From the NCBI GenBank assembly GCA_017857175.1, contig JAFMDS010000005.1, forward strand, positions 1,865-65,864: a stretch of 64,000 nt of DNA. The letters are read 5' to 3'. Positions 10,836-19,159 of the stretch are shown piece after piece (position 1 is the first letter of the stretch; each line of letters opens with the position of its first letter). The notes beneath the pieces are model-generated. The model was not told the DNA's origin and made no database searches. It worked only from the letters and a program-made list of their open reading frames with translations. The translations under genes were made by a program, and so were the position numbers. The stretch is from Candidatus Nanopelagicales bacterium. Its GTDB lineage: Bacteria; Actinomycetota; Actinomycetes; S36-B12.

Positions 10836-13400
10836 ATGTCCACCAGTCAGAAGTCCACCGCTCCCGTAAGCGTCCCCGACAAGCCCAGTCTTGATGGAAT
10901 TGAAGTCAAGTGGGCAGCTGCTTGGAATGAACAGGGTCTTTACAACTTTGACCGCACCAAGACGCGAGATCAAGTCTTTTCAATAGATACCCCGCCCCCC
11001 ACGGTGAGCGGCTCATTGCACGTGGGGCACGTTTTCAGCTATACCCACACCGATTGCATCGCGCGCTACAAGCGGATGCGCGGATTTGAAGTGTTCTATC
11101 CCATGGGATGGGATGACAACGGGCTCCCCACCGAGCGTCGGGTGCAGAACTACTTTGGCGTTCGTTGTGATCCAAGTTTGCCGTACAAGCCCGATTACAC
11201 TCCCCCTGCAAATCCTGATCCCAAGAAGCAGGAACCGATCTCACGTCGCAACTTCATCGAACTGTGCGAGAAACTCACGGTCGAGGATGAAGTTGTCTTT
11301 GAAGACCTGTGGCGGCGCATGGGTCTGTCTATCGATTGGAACCAGACTTACCAAACGATTGATGGCAATGCCCAACGCGTGAGTCAACTCGCTTTCCTTC
11401 GCAACCTTGCCCGCGGTGAGGCGTATCAATCTGAAGCCCCCACGCTCTGGGATGTCACATTCCGCACGGCGGTCGCTCAAGCAGAATTAGAGGACAGGGA
11501 ACGCCCTGGCGCCTATCACCGAATCGCATTTAAACGCGCGGAGAACCCAAGCGAAAAAGTCTTCATTGAAACAACTCGTCCGGAACTTCTCGCGGCCTGC
11601 GTAGCGCTTGTTGCCCACCCAGATGATGAGCGTTACCAGCCACTTTTTGGCACAAATGTTGTCACACCAGTTTTCGGTGTTGAAGTTCCCGTGATGGCGC
11701 ACACCTTGGCTGATCCTGATAAAGGTTCTGGAATTGCAATGGTTTGTACTTTTGGTGATCTGGCAGACGTCACCTGGTGGCGTGAACTGCAACTTCCCAC
11801 TCGTCCGATCATTGGGTGGGATGGTCGAGTGACTTCAGAGACACCCGCCTGGATCACCACTAAAGCAGGCAAGGATCGCTTCGCGGCCATTGCAGGAACA
11901 ACAAGCTTCACGGCGAAGGCGAACATGGTGGAGGTGTTGCGCGAGTCAGGCGACATGGAAGGTGAGCCCAAGCCAATTACTCACCCCGTTAAATTTTTTG
12001 AAAAAGGCGATAAGCCCCTCGAGATCGTGACCACACGCCAGTGGTACCTGACCAATGGTGGCCGCAACGCAGAGTTGCGTGAAGAACTCCTTGCCCGCGG
12101 CAAGGAACTCATATGGCACCCAGCCCACATGGCAGTGCGCTATGACAACTGGGTGGACGGACTCAATGGAGACTGGCTGGTTTCCCGACAGCGTTTCTTT
12201 GGCGTTCCCATTCCCGTGTGGTACCCGCTCGATGCAGATGGCAACCCTGACTACAACTCGGTGATTGTTCCTACTGAGGATCAACTCCCCATTGATCCCA
12301 GTAGCCAGTGCCCCGACGGTTACACCGAGGACCAGCGCAATCAACCTGACGGATTCATGGGGGATCCCGACGTCATGGACACCTGGGCCACCAGTTCACT
12401 GACCCCACAAATTGCTGGCGGCTGGGAGCGCGACGAGGATCTATTCAACCGCGTATTCCCCATGGACATGCGACCCCAAGCCCACGAAATCATCAGGACG
12501 TGGCTGTTCTCCTCTGTCGTTCGCGCTCATTTAGAAAACAAGGAACTGCCTTGGGCGCATGCCGCGATCTCCGGTTGGATCCTTGACCCCGATCGCAAGA
12601 AAATGAGCAAGTCCAAGGGCAACGTTGTTACGCCCATGGAGATGCTCGATGAATACAGCTCGGATGCCGTTCGTTATTGGGCTGCCTCTGGTCGCCCGGG
12701 AACTGATACCGCATTTGATGTTGGCCAGATGAAAATCGGTCGCAGGCTCGCCATTAAGTTGCTCAATGCCACAAAATTTGTTCTCACAATTAGCCAGGGC
12801 GGAAATATTGAGAGCATCACCGAACCCGTTGATCAAGCGTTAATGGTGAAGCTCTCTGCAACCGTTGATGCCGCAACAAAGGCCTTTGAAGAATTCAATT
12901 ACGCCAAAGCACTCGATGTCGCTGAAACCTTCTTTTGGGAGTTCACCGATGACTACGTGGAATTAGTCAAGGAACGAGCCTACGGAGAGAAGGACGGTGT
13001 AAACACGGAGAGCGCACGCTCTGCCCTCTACATTTCGCTCACCACGCTGTTGCGCCTCTTTGCGCCTTTCCTGCCGTTCACGACGGAGGAAACATGGTCA
13101 TGGTTCAACTCAGACTCGGTTCACGCACAAGAATGGCCCGACGCAATGGCACTTGAAAGTGATGCCGATGCCGCAGTATTTACCGATGCTCAAACAGCAC
13201 TTGGTTTAATTCGCAAGGCAAAATCGGAGGCAAAGGTTTCCATGAAGGCTGAGGTCGCTACTGCCAGCCTCAGCGGTTCAACTGAACACGTTGAGCGCTT
13301 GAAGCTAGTTGAGAGTGACTTGGCCGCCGCAGGAAATGTGACCAGCTTGCTGTTCCAAACCTCAGGTGAGGAAATTCAGGCAGAAATTCAGCTCGCCTAA
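10836..13400 (+). CDS. valS: Valine--tRNA ligase (actinobacterial-type)
   Basis: HIGH motif (SLHVGHV), KMSKS motif, and an editing-domain-sized insert. The start is uncertain: ATG 10836 versus GTG 10812. It is divergent from folC with only about 50 nt between the two starts. Confidence 0.93.
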   Translation: MSTSQKSTAPVSVPDKPSLDGIEVKWAAAWNEQGLYNFDRTKTRDQVFSIDTPPPTVSGSLHVGHVFSYTHTDCIARYKRMRGFEVFYPMGWDDNGLPTERRVQNYFGVRCDPSLPYKPDYTPPANPDPKKQEPISRRNFIELCEKLTVEDEVVFEDLWRRMGLSIDWNQTYQTIDGNAQRVSQLAFLRNLARGEAYQSEAPTLWDVTFRTAVAQAELEDRERPGAYHRIAFKRAENPSEKVFIETTRPELLAACVALVAHPDDERYQPLFGTNVVTPVFGVEVPVMAHTLADPDKGSGIAMVCTFGDLADVTWWRELQLPTRPIIGWDGRVTSETPAWITTKAGKDRFAAIAGTTSFTAKANMVEVLRESGDMEGEPKPITHPVKFFEKGDKPLEIVTTRQWYLTNGGRNAELREELLARGKELIWHPAHMAVRYDNWVDGLNGDWLVSRQRFFGVPIPVWYPLDADGNPDYNSVIVPTEDQLPIDPSSQCPDGYTEDQRNQPDGFMGDPDVMDTWATSSLTPQIAGGWERDEDLFNRVFPMDMRPQAHEIIRTWLFSSVVRAHLENKELPWAHAAISGWILDPDRKKMSKSKGNVVTPMEMLDEYSSDAVRYWAASGRPGTDTAFDVGQMKIGRRLAIKLLNATKFVLTISQGGNIESITEPVDQALMVKLSATVDAATKAFEEFNYAKALDVAETFFWEFTDDYVELVKERAYGEKDGVNTESARSALYISLTTLLRLFAPFLPFTTEETWSWFNSDSVHAQEWPDAMALESDADAAVFTDAQTALGLIRKAKSEAKVSMKAEVATASLSGSTEHVERLKLVESDLAAAGNVTSLLFQTSGEEIQAEIQLA

Positions 13401-13828
13401 TTGTCAAAATCTTCGAGTTCTTTGAGCAACCCGATGTGGACAGACTTATTGTCTGAATGAATCCCGGGCGAATAATCCTCACCTTGCGGTTGACCCTTTT
13501 TGGCTTTTTCATTCCCAACTGAAACGTCAGGGGTTTCATTTTCAAGTGCTGCCAACTCAGGGGCATACATGCGAACGAGATCCAAGCCCGCTGCCTTGAT
13601 CACGGGAGATTCAGCGCCTGATTCAGTTATTTGCAACTCAGGGGCGGTTTCAAGAAGGCTTGCTCCGCTGGTTGCTGCAGCGGCAAACCACTCGGGGGAA
13701 TGCGCCTCAGCACTCACAAACTCACCGCGCTCGCTACCCGCGGCAATGTCTGTGAGATCAAGTTCCTGCTGCAAAGCGAATAAGGCGAATGCAGTCGCAC
13801 CGATTGAGGTATCCGAATTGTCAGCCAT
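13397..13828 (-). CDS. Hypothetical acidic protein, last gene of the pilus operon
   Basis: 143 aa, strongly acidic, no TM, no recognisable motif. It lies 12 nt downstream of the ParA-like gene. Its stop codon overlaps the valS stop on the other strand (CTAA at 13397-13400). Confidence 0.55.
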   Translation of the reverse strand: MADNSDTSIGATAFALFALQQELDLTDIAAGSERGEFVSAEAHSPEWFAAAATSGASLLETAPELQITESGAESPVIKAAGLDLVRMYAPELAALENETPDVSVGNEKAKKGQPQGEDYSPGIHSDNKSVHIGLLKELEDFDN

Positions 13829-13840
13829 CTCACTATCTCA

Positions 13841-15412
13841 CTATCTGCGCAGGAATCCGCGTTTTTTTGAATCCGAACCGGAACCTGCACTATTTGACCC
13901 AGTCTGAGATTGCGTCATTGCGGTACTTGTGTCGGGACTGGAATCACTGTTTCGTGACACGGGAGCTACCCATGGTGCCAACTCATGATTAGGCATGCAG
14001 GCAATTGCTAAATCGTTGTAGGCGGCGCCCAGGGTCGTGTGTTCCAAGAGCTTGTGCATTTGAATGAGATTCGTTGCGGTCAAAACATCCTTCGTTGCAA
14101 GTGGAATCACCCCCACTACTGGTATACCAAGACCTGCAGCGAGCACCTGATCTGTTTCCATGCCCACATTTGCCACTGACTGGTTGACAATAATTCCGAG
14201 CTTTTCACGCGGAATACCCAACCCTGATTCATCTACCGGCGCCGTGATCTCGCGCAATGCGCGGGCCATACCCTGTACTGCGGTTGATGCCAGGCTGGTA
14301 ACAAAAAGAATTTCATCTGCTTCGACGAGTGCTACCTCAGCGATCAATGGATCCAGATACTGGACGCTCGTGTCCATGACCACAACGTCATACATGCGCT
14401 GCAAGCTGCGAACAATCGATCGATAGAAATCCGGACCCACCGTTTCAGCCGTTCGGGGTCGAATCGGAGCTAACAAAGTGTCAATTTCCAAACCCTCCGC
14501 ATGAACCAAGTTGCGGCGAATTCGTTCTTCATCCCAGATCGGTTGAATCCGAATATTGAGGGCCGTCGGCATGAACTGGCCAATCATTGAGGCAACCTGA
14601 CCATCCCGCGTGTCAAGATCAACCAGGCATACCGACAGGGGCTTGCCCGCTTTGCGCGAGGCGCTGGCAATCGAGGCAGCCAAAAGAATTGATGCTGTGG
14701 ATTTGCCCGACCCACCCTTGCTTGACGTGACTGTGATCGTGGTTTGGCCGGGCAATCGCGGCTTGCTCAATAATTCTCTGGATTCGTGGTTTTCTACATC
14801 GAGCGCGGGCCCTTGCGAAACCCGAGGACTCGTGTTGGATGCAGCGCGCGATTTCCCAATTGGGGGCAACGCAGGAATAGACGGAATACCAAACCCTGAG
14901 CGCTCAACTTCTACTGTCTGCACGACTTCTGATGCACCAGCGGAATCGGGCCTCACCCCGAATTCGACGAAGGAGTTGACAACACTCTGAATTGCGGGGA
15001 CCACATGGTCGCCAGGGGCATCTTTTGCGTCGATTTCAATGCATGTGATCCCCATGTTCAAAGCGCCGGGACCGCTGAGGTCAGCTAGGTGCCCTGAAAT
15101 AGTTTCACGGGCACTGACGGAGCCCGAGATATGGAAAACACTGGCTCCGGCATCGTTCATCGCGGTCATTGCCCTAGCAATTGCTAGAAGTTCGGATTCT
15201 TGGACTGGCGTGCCATCGGGGTTGAAATCGGTGAAGATCACAATTCGCGATCCAGAGTCAACGCGTCCACCCGATAGTGACTCCCACATGTGCGCGACAT
15301 TTTTTTGCAGAGACTGAACCGACCACTGGGCTGGAGCCTGCGAAATAAGCACGTGGATACGTGGGTCACCCACGACAATGACGCCAGGTAGTGAACTCTC
15401 GCCTGTCATCAT
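13841..15412 (-). CDS. ParA/MinD-family ATPase, CpaE/TadZ-like, with an about 230-aa non-canonical N-terminal region
   Basis: Deviant Walker A (TSSKGGSGKSTAS), Walker A' (CLVDLDTRDGQ) and Walker B-like (DVVVMDTS). C-terminal Ser/Thr-rich tail. The start is set at ATG 15412 (GAAAGG 8 nt upstream). The track GTG at 15460 has no RBS. Confidence 0.75.
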   Translation of the reverse strand: MMTGESSLPGVIVVGDPRIHVLISQAPAQWSVQSLQKNVAHMWESLSGGRVDSGSRIVIFTDFNPDGTPVQESELLAIARAMTAMNDAGASVFHISGSVSARETISGHLADLSGPGALNMGITCIEIDAKDAPGDHVVPAIQSVVNSFVEFGVRPDSAGASEVVQTVEVERSGFGIPSIPALPPIGKSRAASNTSPRVSQGPALDVENHESRELLSKPRLPGQTTITVTSSKGGSGKSTASILLAASIASASRKAGKPLSVCLVDLDTRDGQVASMIGQFMPTALNIRIQPIWDEERIRRNLVHAEGLEIDTLLAPIRPRTAETVGPDFYRSIVRSLQRMYDVVVMDTSVQYLDPLIAEVALVEADEILFVTSLASTAVQGMARALREITAPVDESGLGIPREKLGIIVNQSVANVGMETDQVLAAGLGIPVVGVIPLATKDVLTATNLIQMHKLLEHTTLGAAYNDLAIACMPNHELAPWVAPVSRNSDSSPDTSTAMTQSQTGSNSAGSGSDSKKRGFLRR

Positions 15413-15479
15413 CCCTTGTGCCTTTCTGCTGGGGAATGCAACTTTCCCCGACGCTGTCACGGAAAAGGCATCGTGCCAC

Positions 15480-15514
15480 TTGCTGCAAGCCTAAAACTAG
15501 TTGCTGCAAGCCTA
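15480..15514. promoter_or_regulatory. Two perfect 14-bp direct repeats (TTGCTGCAAGCCTA) with a 21-bp period upstream of the ParA-like gene
   Basis: Copies lie at 15480-15493 and 15501-15514. Each contains the near-palindrome TTGC-N-GCAA. They sit in the only sizeable gap (15413-15581) in this part of the operon. Confidence 0.4.
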
Positions 15515-15581
15515 GAGCCATATGCACGACGCCTCGCGACAAGGTTACCCCCCGAGCCTCAGCTAAAGGGCAAAAATGCGG

Positions 15582-15914
15582 TTATCGACTCACTCCTGCT
15601 GGTCCACGCAGAATGAATGCATTTCGGGCATCGCGCCCGGTCGGCACTGCCTCGGTGAAGGTCACTCGCTCCGCAGGTGTCGCAACATGTACGGGTGATC
15701 GTGAACTGTTCCCGGGCGCCTGACCAACGAGGGCCTGCACTCCTGCATTGAATGTGCGCGCAGCATTATGACTCTCACTGCGCAAGCTTTCATCGAAAAA
15801 TGTGCTGTTGTCATCATCAGCGGTGGTTTGCTCAATCTTGGCAACTATCGCTTTCTGATTCACCTTGGCAAAAACCGATTGTGGGCGCTGCGGATCACTT
15901 GGAGTCGCTGTCAT
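15582..15914 (-). CDS. Hypothetical protein (pilus-locus orphan)
   Basis: 110 aa, low complexity, no TM or motif recognised. Its start overlaps the upstream gene's stop by 4 nt. Confidence 0.45.
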   Translation of the reverse strand: MTATPSDPQRPQSVFAKVNQKAIVAKIEQTTADDDNSTFFDESLRSESHNAARTFNAGVQALVGQAPGNSSRSPVHVATPAERVTFTEAVPTGRDARNAFILRGPAGVSR

Positions 15915-16324
15915 AGTGACTCACGCGATGGAAACTCCACAGGCTCCGCAACCTGGGAGGGAATGCGTTCCAAGGCCACCAATTGGGCCGTAGCGTCAGT
16001 ATCAAGATCCAAATCAACAATTGAGACATGGCCCGGTACCCATGAGTGCCGATGCCACTGAATTTCCCAATTCACCGACTCTCCATTCTCGAGTGCGGCG
16101 ACGGCTGCTCCGTGCAGGAATGAACCCGCTGATACCTGCGCTCGTGCCGTGAATCTAATTGAGCGGGCAAAACCTCGAGGGCTCACGCAGTCGATTTCAA
16201 CGCGATGGAGTGCAAAAGCGTCATCGAGATCAGGGATACCAATAGGTTCCACCGCGGTGATGCGTCCCTCACCGGCGCGAACAAGATAATTGACTCCATC
16301 AGTTGATTCAAGCCATGACTTCAT
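15911..16324 (-). CDS. Hypothetical protein (pilus-locus orphan)
   Basis: 137 aa from ATG 16324, with a strong GGAGGTG RBS at 16328-16334. The track's TTG start at 16342 is rejected. No family recognised. Confidence 0.55.
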   Translation of the reverse strand: MKSWLESTDGVNYLVRAGEGRITAVEPIGIPDLDDAFALHRVEIDCVSPRGFARSIRFTARAQVSAGSFLHGAAVAALENGESVNWEIQWHRHSWVPGHVSIVDLDLDTDATAQLVALERIPSQVAEPVEFPSRESL

Positions 16325-16439
16325 GTTCACCTCCATGCTCAATCACATGCAACACTAAATTAATGGAATTTTTTTGCTGACTTTTTCCACGCTGTAGTTA
16401 ACGTATCGGCTCGATATCTGTTCTGCAAGACCAAAATCC

Positions 16440-17291
16440 CTACCGTGAAAGGCCAATAATTCCGAGATAACTGTCCCAGACCGATGACCCGAAAATCAGT
16501 CCGAAAAAGAATCCGAGAATCAAGTAGGGGCCAAATGCAATTTTCGCCCGAGCACCAGCCCGACCAGTGATGATGAGAAATAGCCCTACTCCTGCTCCTA
16601 GGACAAAGGCCGCAAGGAGTCCAATCGCTGCACTGGACAGGCTGCCCCATCCCAGTATTACGCCGAGAATGGGTGCCAGTTTGACATCGCCAAGGCCCAT
16701 GGCCCTTCCTCGAGTGGCAAGCCACAAACCCCCAATAACTCCCACCCACAGCGCCGCTCCCCCTAACGCGCTTACTGCAAGATTCGGAAACTCAGACCAA
16801 TCCCCGCCGAGTGCGAGCGCAATGAGTAAACCAACAATCGTGGTCGGATAAAGAAAATAGACAATCTCATTAGGCAGCTTGTACCAGCGCACATCGATCG
16901 CGAAAAGTGCAATAAGCGCTGAAGCCACAGTAATCAATAGCGGTAGCAGTGGGTTCACGAGTGAATCTTCAGGTGCCGTGACAAGTGCCCAGCCGGTGAT
17001 AACAATCCACATAATTCCCGTTAACGCCTCAATTACCGGGTATTGAATGGAAATCCGAGCAGAACAATGACGGCACCGCCCACGCAACAAAATCCAAGAG
17101 ACAATCGGAATGTTGTCACCTGAACTGATCTCAGAATCACATTGGATGCACCGAGAGCGAGGCCGCACAATGGACCGTTTCTCCGGCACTCGAGCGATCA
17201 CAACATTGAGAAATGAACCAACAATGGTCCCAATAATTCCCACGGTGAGTAGCAACCAAATGGTCACAACCGTTTGATCGTTTGACATCAC
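16440..17291 (-). CDS. pilD: Prepilin peptidase / N-methyltransferase (A24 family)
   Basis: N-terminal CxxC...CxxC cluster (RCIQCDS..GRCRHCS), polytopic membrane core, and the catalytic Asp motif GLGDVKL. Confidence 0.9.
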   Translation of the reverse strand: MMSNDQTVVTIWLLLTVGIIGTIVGSFLNVVIARVPEKRSIVRPRSRCIQCDSEISSGDNIPIVSWILLRGRCRHCSARISIQYPVIEALTGIMWIVITGWALVTAPEDSLVNPLLPLLITVASALIALFAIDVRWYKLPNEIVYFLYPTTIVGLLIALALGGDWSEFPNLAVSALGGAALWVGVIGGLWLATRGRAMGLGDVKLAPILGVILGWGSLSSAAIGLLAAFVLGAGVGLFLIITGRAGARAKIAFGPYLILGFFFGLIFGSSVWDSYLGIIGLSR

Positions 17292-18346
17292 TGTGGTGTG
17301 AAGGGACTCTGTGATTGGTCAGTCCATGCGTCAAGCACAATCGGTTCCAAATCGTGCGACGGGGTATAAGAAATCGAAGCCCGCTGGCCAAGTTCAGAGT
17401 TTTCTGCATCACCTAATACCCCCGGAATCGCGATGCTCGCCAAGGACCAGTCCCGGGAACTACATTCCTCGGGAACCATCAACTGATGTTTGCCTCGCAC
17501 TTCAGCACTGTGATCATCATCGTTGGAGCAAGAAACCACGGTGACCAAACCCTGACTAGCCAGTGAGCGTGCAATGTGTACGGCCTCAGCTCGGGTAAAA
17601 CCGCAATGTCCGGCTAGTTCATCGAGACTGCGAACTCCATCGGCACCATTAAGCATTGCAAGGATTTCTGGGATCGCGGAGTCCATGCGGCTCACCTGAG
17701 CCGCGGAAAGGACCTCATTTCGATCTAAAACAACTGAACCAGGATGATCACATGCCACGCTCACATGCTCCTGAGGAGTGTCATGTGAAAGGGCGGCTGC
17801 GTCCTGGGCCATTCTCCTGTACCGGACTTCAATCATTCCCAGTATCTGATTGAGATCGAGCGGCAACGTACAGACACTTGAAGTTATTCGACCACTATCT
17901 GGGACCACCTCTGCCTGATGTAATAAAAGTAATGACCCAACACTCGCAACGACGAACTCCTGATGTACGGCCGCAAGTTGGTCGACACTCACCAAACCGG
18001 ATTCAACTACTGCCACAGACAATGAATTGAGTCGTGCCTCTAGTTCGAGAATTTCGGCACTATCGCCCAAGGTGATGAGCTCGGATGACATGAGTCGAGC
18101 AAGGACTCCCGGCTCAAAACCATCAATCGCAGCCGCATAAATTCGACCTTCAAAAAAGTACAGATCGCCCAGACTCGAGTCGCCGTGGCTGACAATTCGA
18201 AGGGATCCAGTGAACGAAAGATCACGGGCACGGATTGCATGTTCAAGAATCGTGGAATTGACTGGAAGCTGCGATCCCGTCAGAGGTCCTTCTACTTTGG
18301 ATGTTGGCCCGGGATCGGCACTATTCGCCTGTTGGCGCCGAAACAT
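17288..18346 (-). CDS. PATAN/DUF4388-like domain protein with a possible C-terminal winged-helix
   Basis: The segment LTGSQLPVNSTILEHAIRARDLSFTGSLRIVSHGDSSLGDLYFFEGRIYAAA resembles the DUF4388 consensus as I recall it (G.L..f.l..ll......tG.L.v.....g.iyf.dG.iv.A). Start moved to ATG 18346, with an AAGGAGGTG RBS at 18352-18360. Confidence 0.45.
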   Translation of the reverse strand: MFRRQQANSADPGPTSKVEGPLTGSQLPVNSTILEHAIRARDLSFTGSLRIVSHGDSSLGDLYFFEGRIYAAAIDGFEPGVLARLMSSELITLGDSAEILELEARLNSLSVAVVESGLVSVDQLAAVHQEFVVASVGSLLLLHQAEVVPDSGRITSSVCTLPLDLNQILGMIEVRYRRMAQDAAALSHDTPQEHVSVACDHPGSVVLDRNEVLSAAQVSRMDSAIPEILAMLNGADGVRSLDELAGHCGFTRAEAVHIARSLASQGLVTVVSCSNDDDHSAEVRGKHQLMVPEECSSRDWSLASIAIPGVLGDAENSELGQRASISYTPSHDLEPIVLDAWTDQSQSPFTPQ

Positions 18347-18436
18347 CACAACACCTCCTTTAACTGCCTCATAGGTTTTCCGCACCCATTTGAGGGACAG
18401 GTCCGACAAAGGCCCGTTTCCATGAGTATCGGCTCA

Positions 18437-19159
18437 TTAGCCCAAGAGGTGCTCTGGAATTCCAATCTCGTGCAGCGGACAGCGGGCAGCCCCCGCGTGA
18501 TCGACCGTTCCTGGCATGAAACCAGCCTTGCCGGTGCACCCAGGGCGTGGATCTTCACGATACGTGCGGCCGATACCGCTATAGGCATCGATGTAGGTCA
18601 CAGCCCTGGCCTGCTCTGCTATTTCAGATCGATTGGTTATGGCGAGAACATGCTCCGGAACAATTTCATAGGCACCCTCAGCGGCCGTAACGATCCACCG
18701 ATACCCCGAAACGTCAAAATCCCCCACGACCGTTCGATTCTGGCCTCCGGCGATTACCACGGTAACCGTGCACTTGGTCCCGATCAAAGGGCTCACATCG
18801 AGACTTTGGCCATTGGACAATTCGTAGGTGAATGCCTGAGTCCCCGAGTAGCGGCGGTAACCCAATGACTTGTCGTAGCACTTGCCCATGTGTTCACGAA
18901 TGAGCAGTTCAGATTGCTCAAACGAGGCGCTGTCTCCCTCAATGAGTAATCGAGGTGCTCCTTGGTGAAGCCGAATACGATCAGATAATTCCCAATGATA
19001 CGAGCGCACGAACCGACGACCCTCGAGATCAGATGTCTCCGCAGGGACCTCGGTGCCCCTAATGCGCGCGACAAAATGATCGGTCGCCCACATCCATAGG
19101 AGCACTCCGGGAGAATCGGTAAAGCTCCAAGGAATTGGTACAGCTTCTGGAGCGCTCAT
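18437..19159 (-). CDS. Hypothetical protein (pilus-locus orphan)
   Basis: 240 aa, soluble, no family recognised. A C-terminal Cys/His cluster (CTGKAGFMPGTVDHAGAARCPLHE) may bind metal. It overlaps the sigma-like gene's stop by 4 nt. Confidence 0.5.
   Translation of the reverse strand: MSAPEAVPIPWSFTDSPGVLLWMWATDHFVARIRGTEVPAETSDLEGRRFVRSYHWELSDRIRLHQGAPRLLIEGDSASFEQSELLIREHMGKCYDKSLGYRRYSGTQAFTYELSNGQSLDVSPLIGTKCTVTVVIAGGQNRTVVGDFDVSGYRWIVTAAEGAYEIVPEHVLAITNRSEIAEQARAVTYIDAYSGIGRTYREDPRPGCTGKAGFMPGTVDHAGAARCPLHEIGIPEHLLG

Noticed and set aside
15911-16324. A possible PilZ (c-di-GMP binding) domain in the 137-aa orphan, based on RGFAR (RxxxR-like) and a downstream QVSAGS.
   Set aside because: The second motif does not fit D/NxSxxG, and the spacing and context are unconvincing. 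This needs a profile search and is not claimed.
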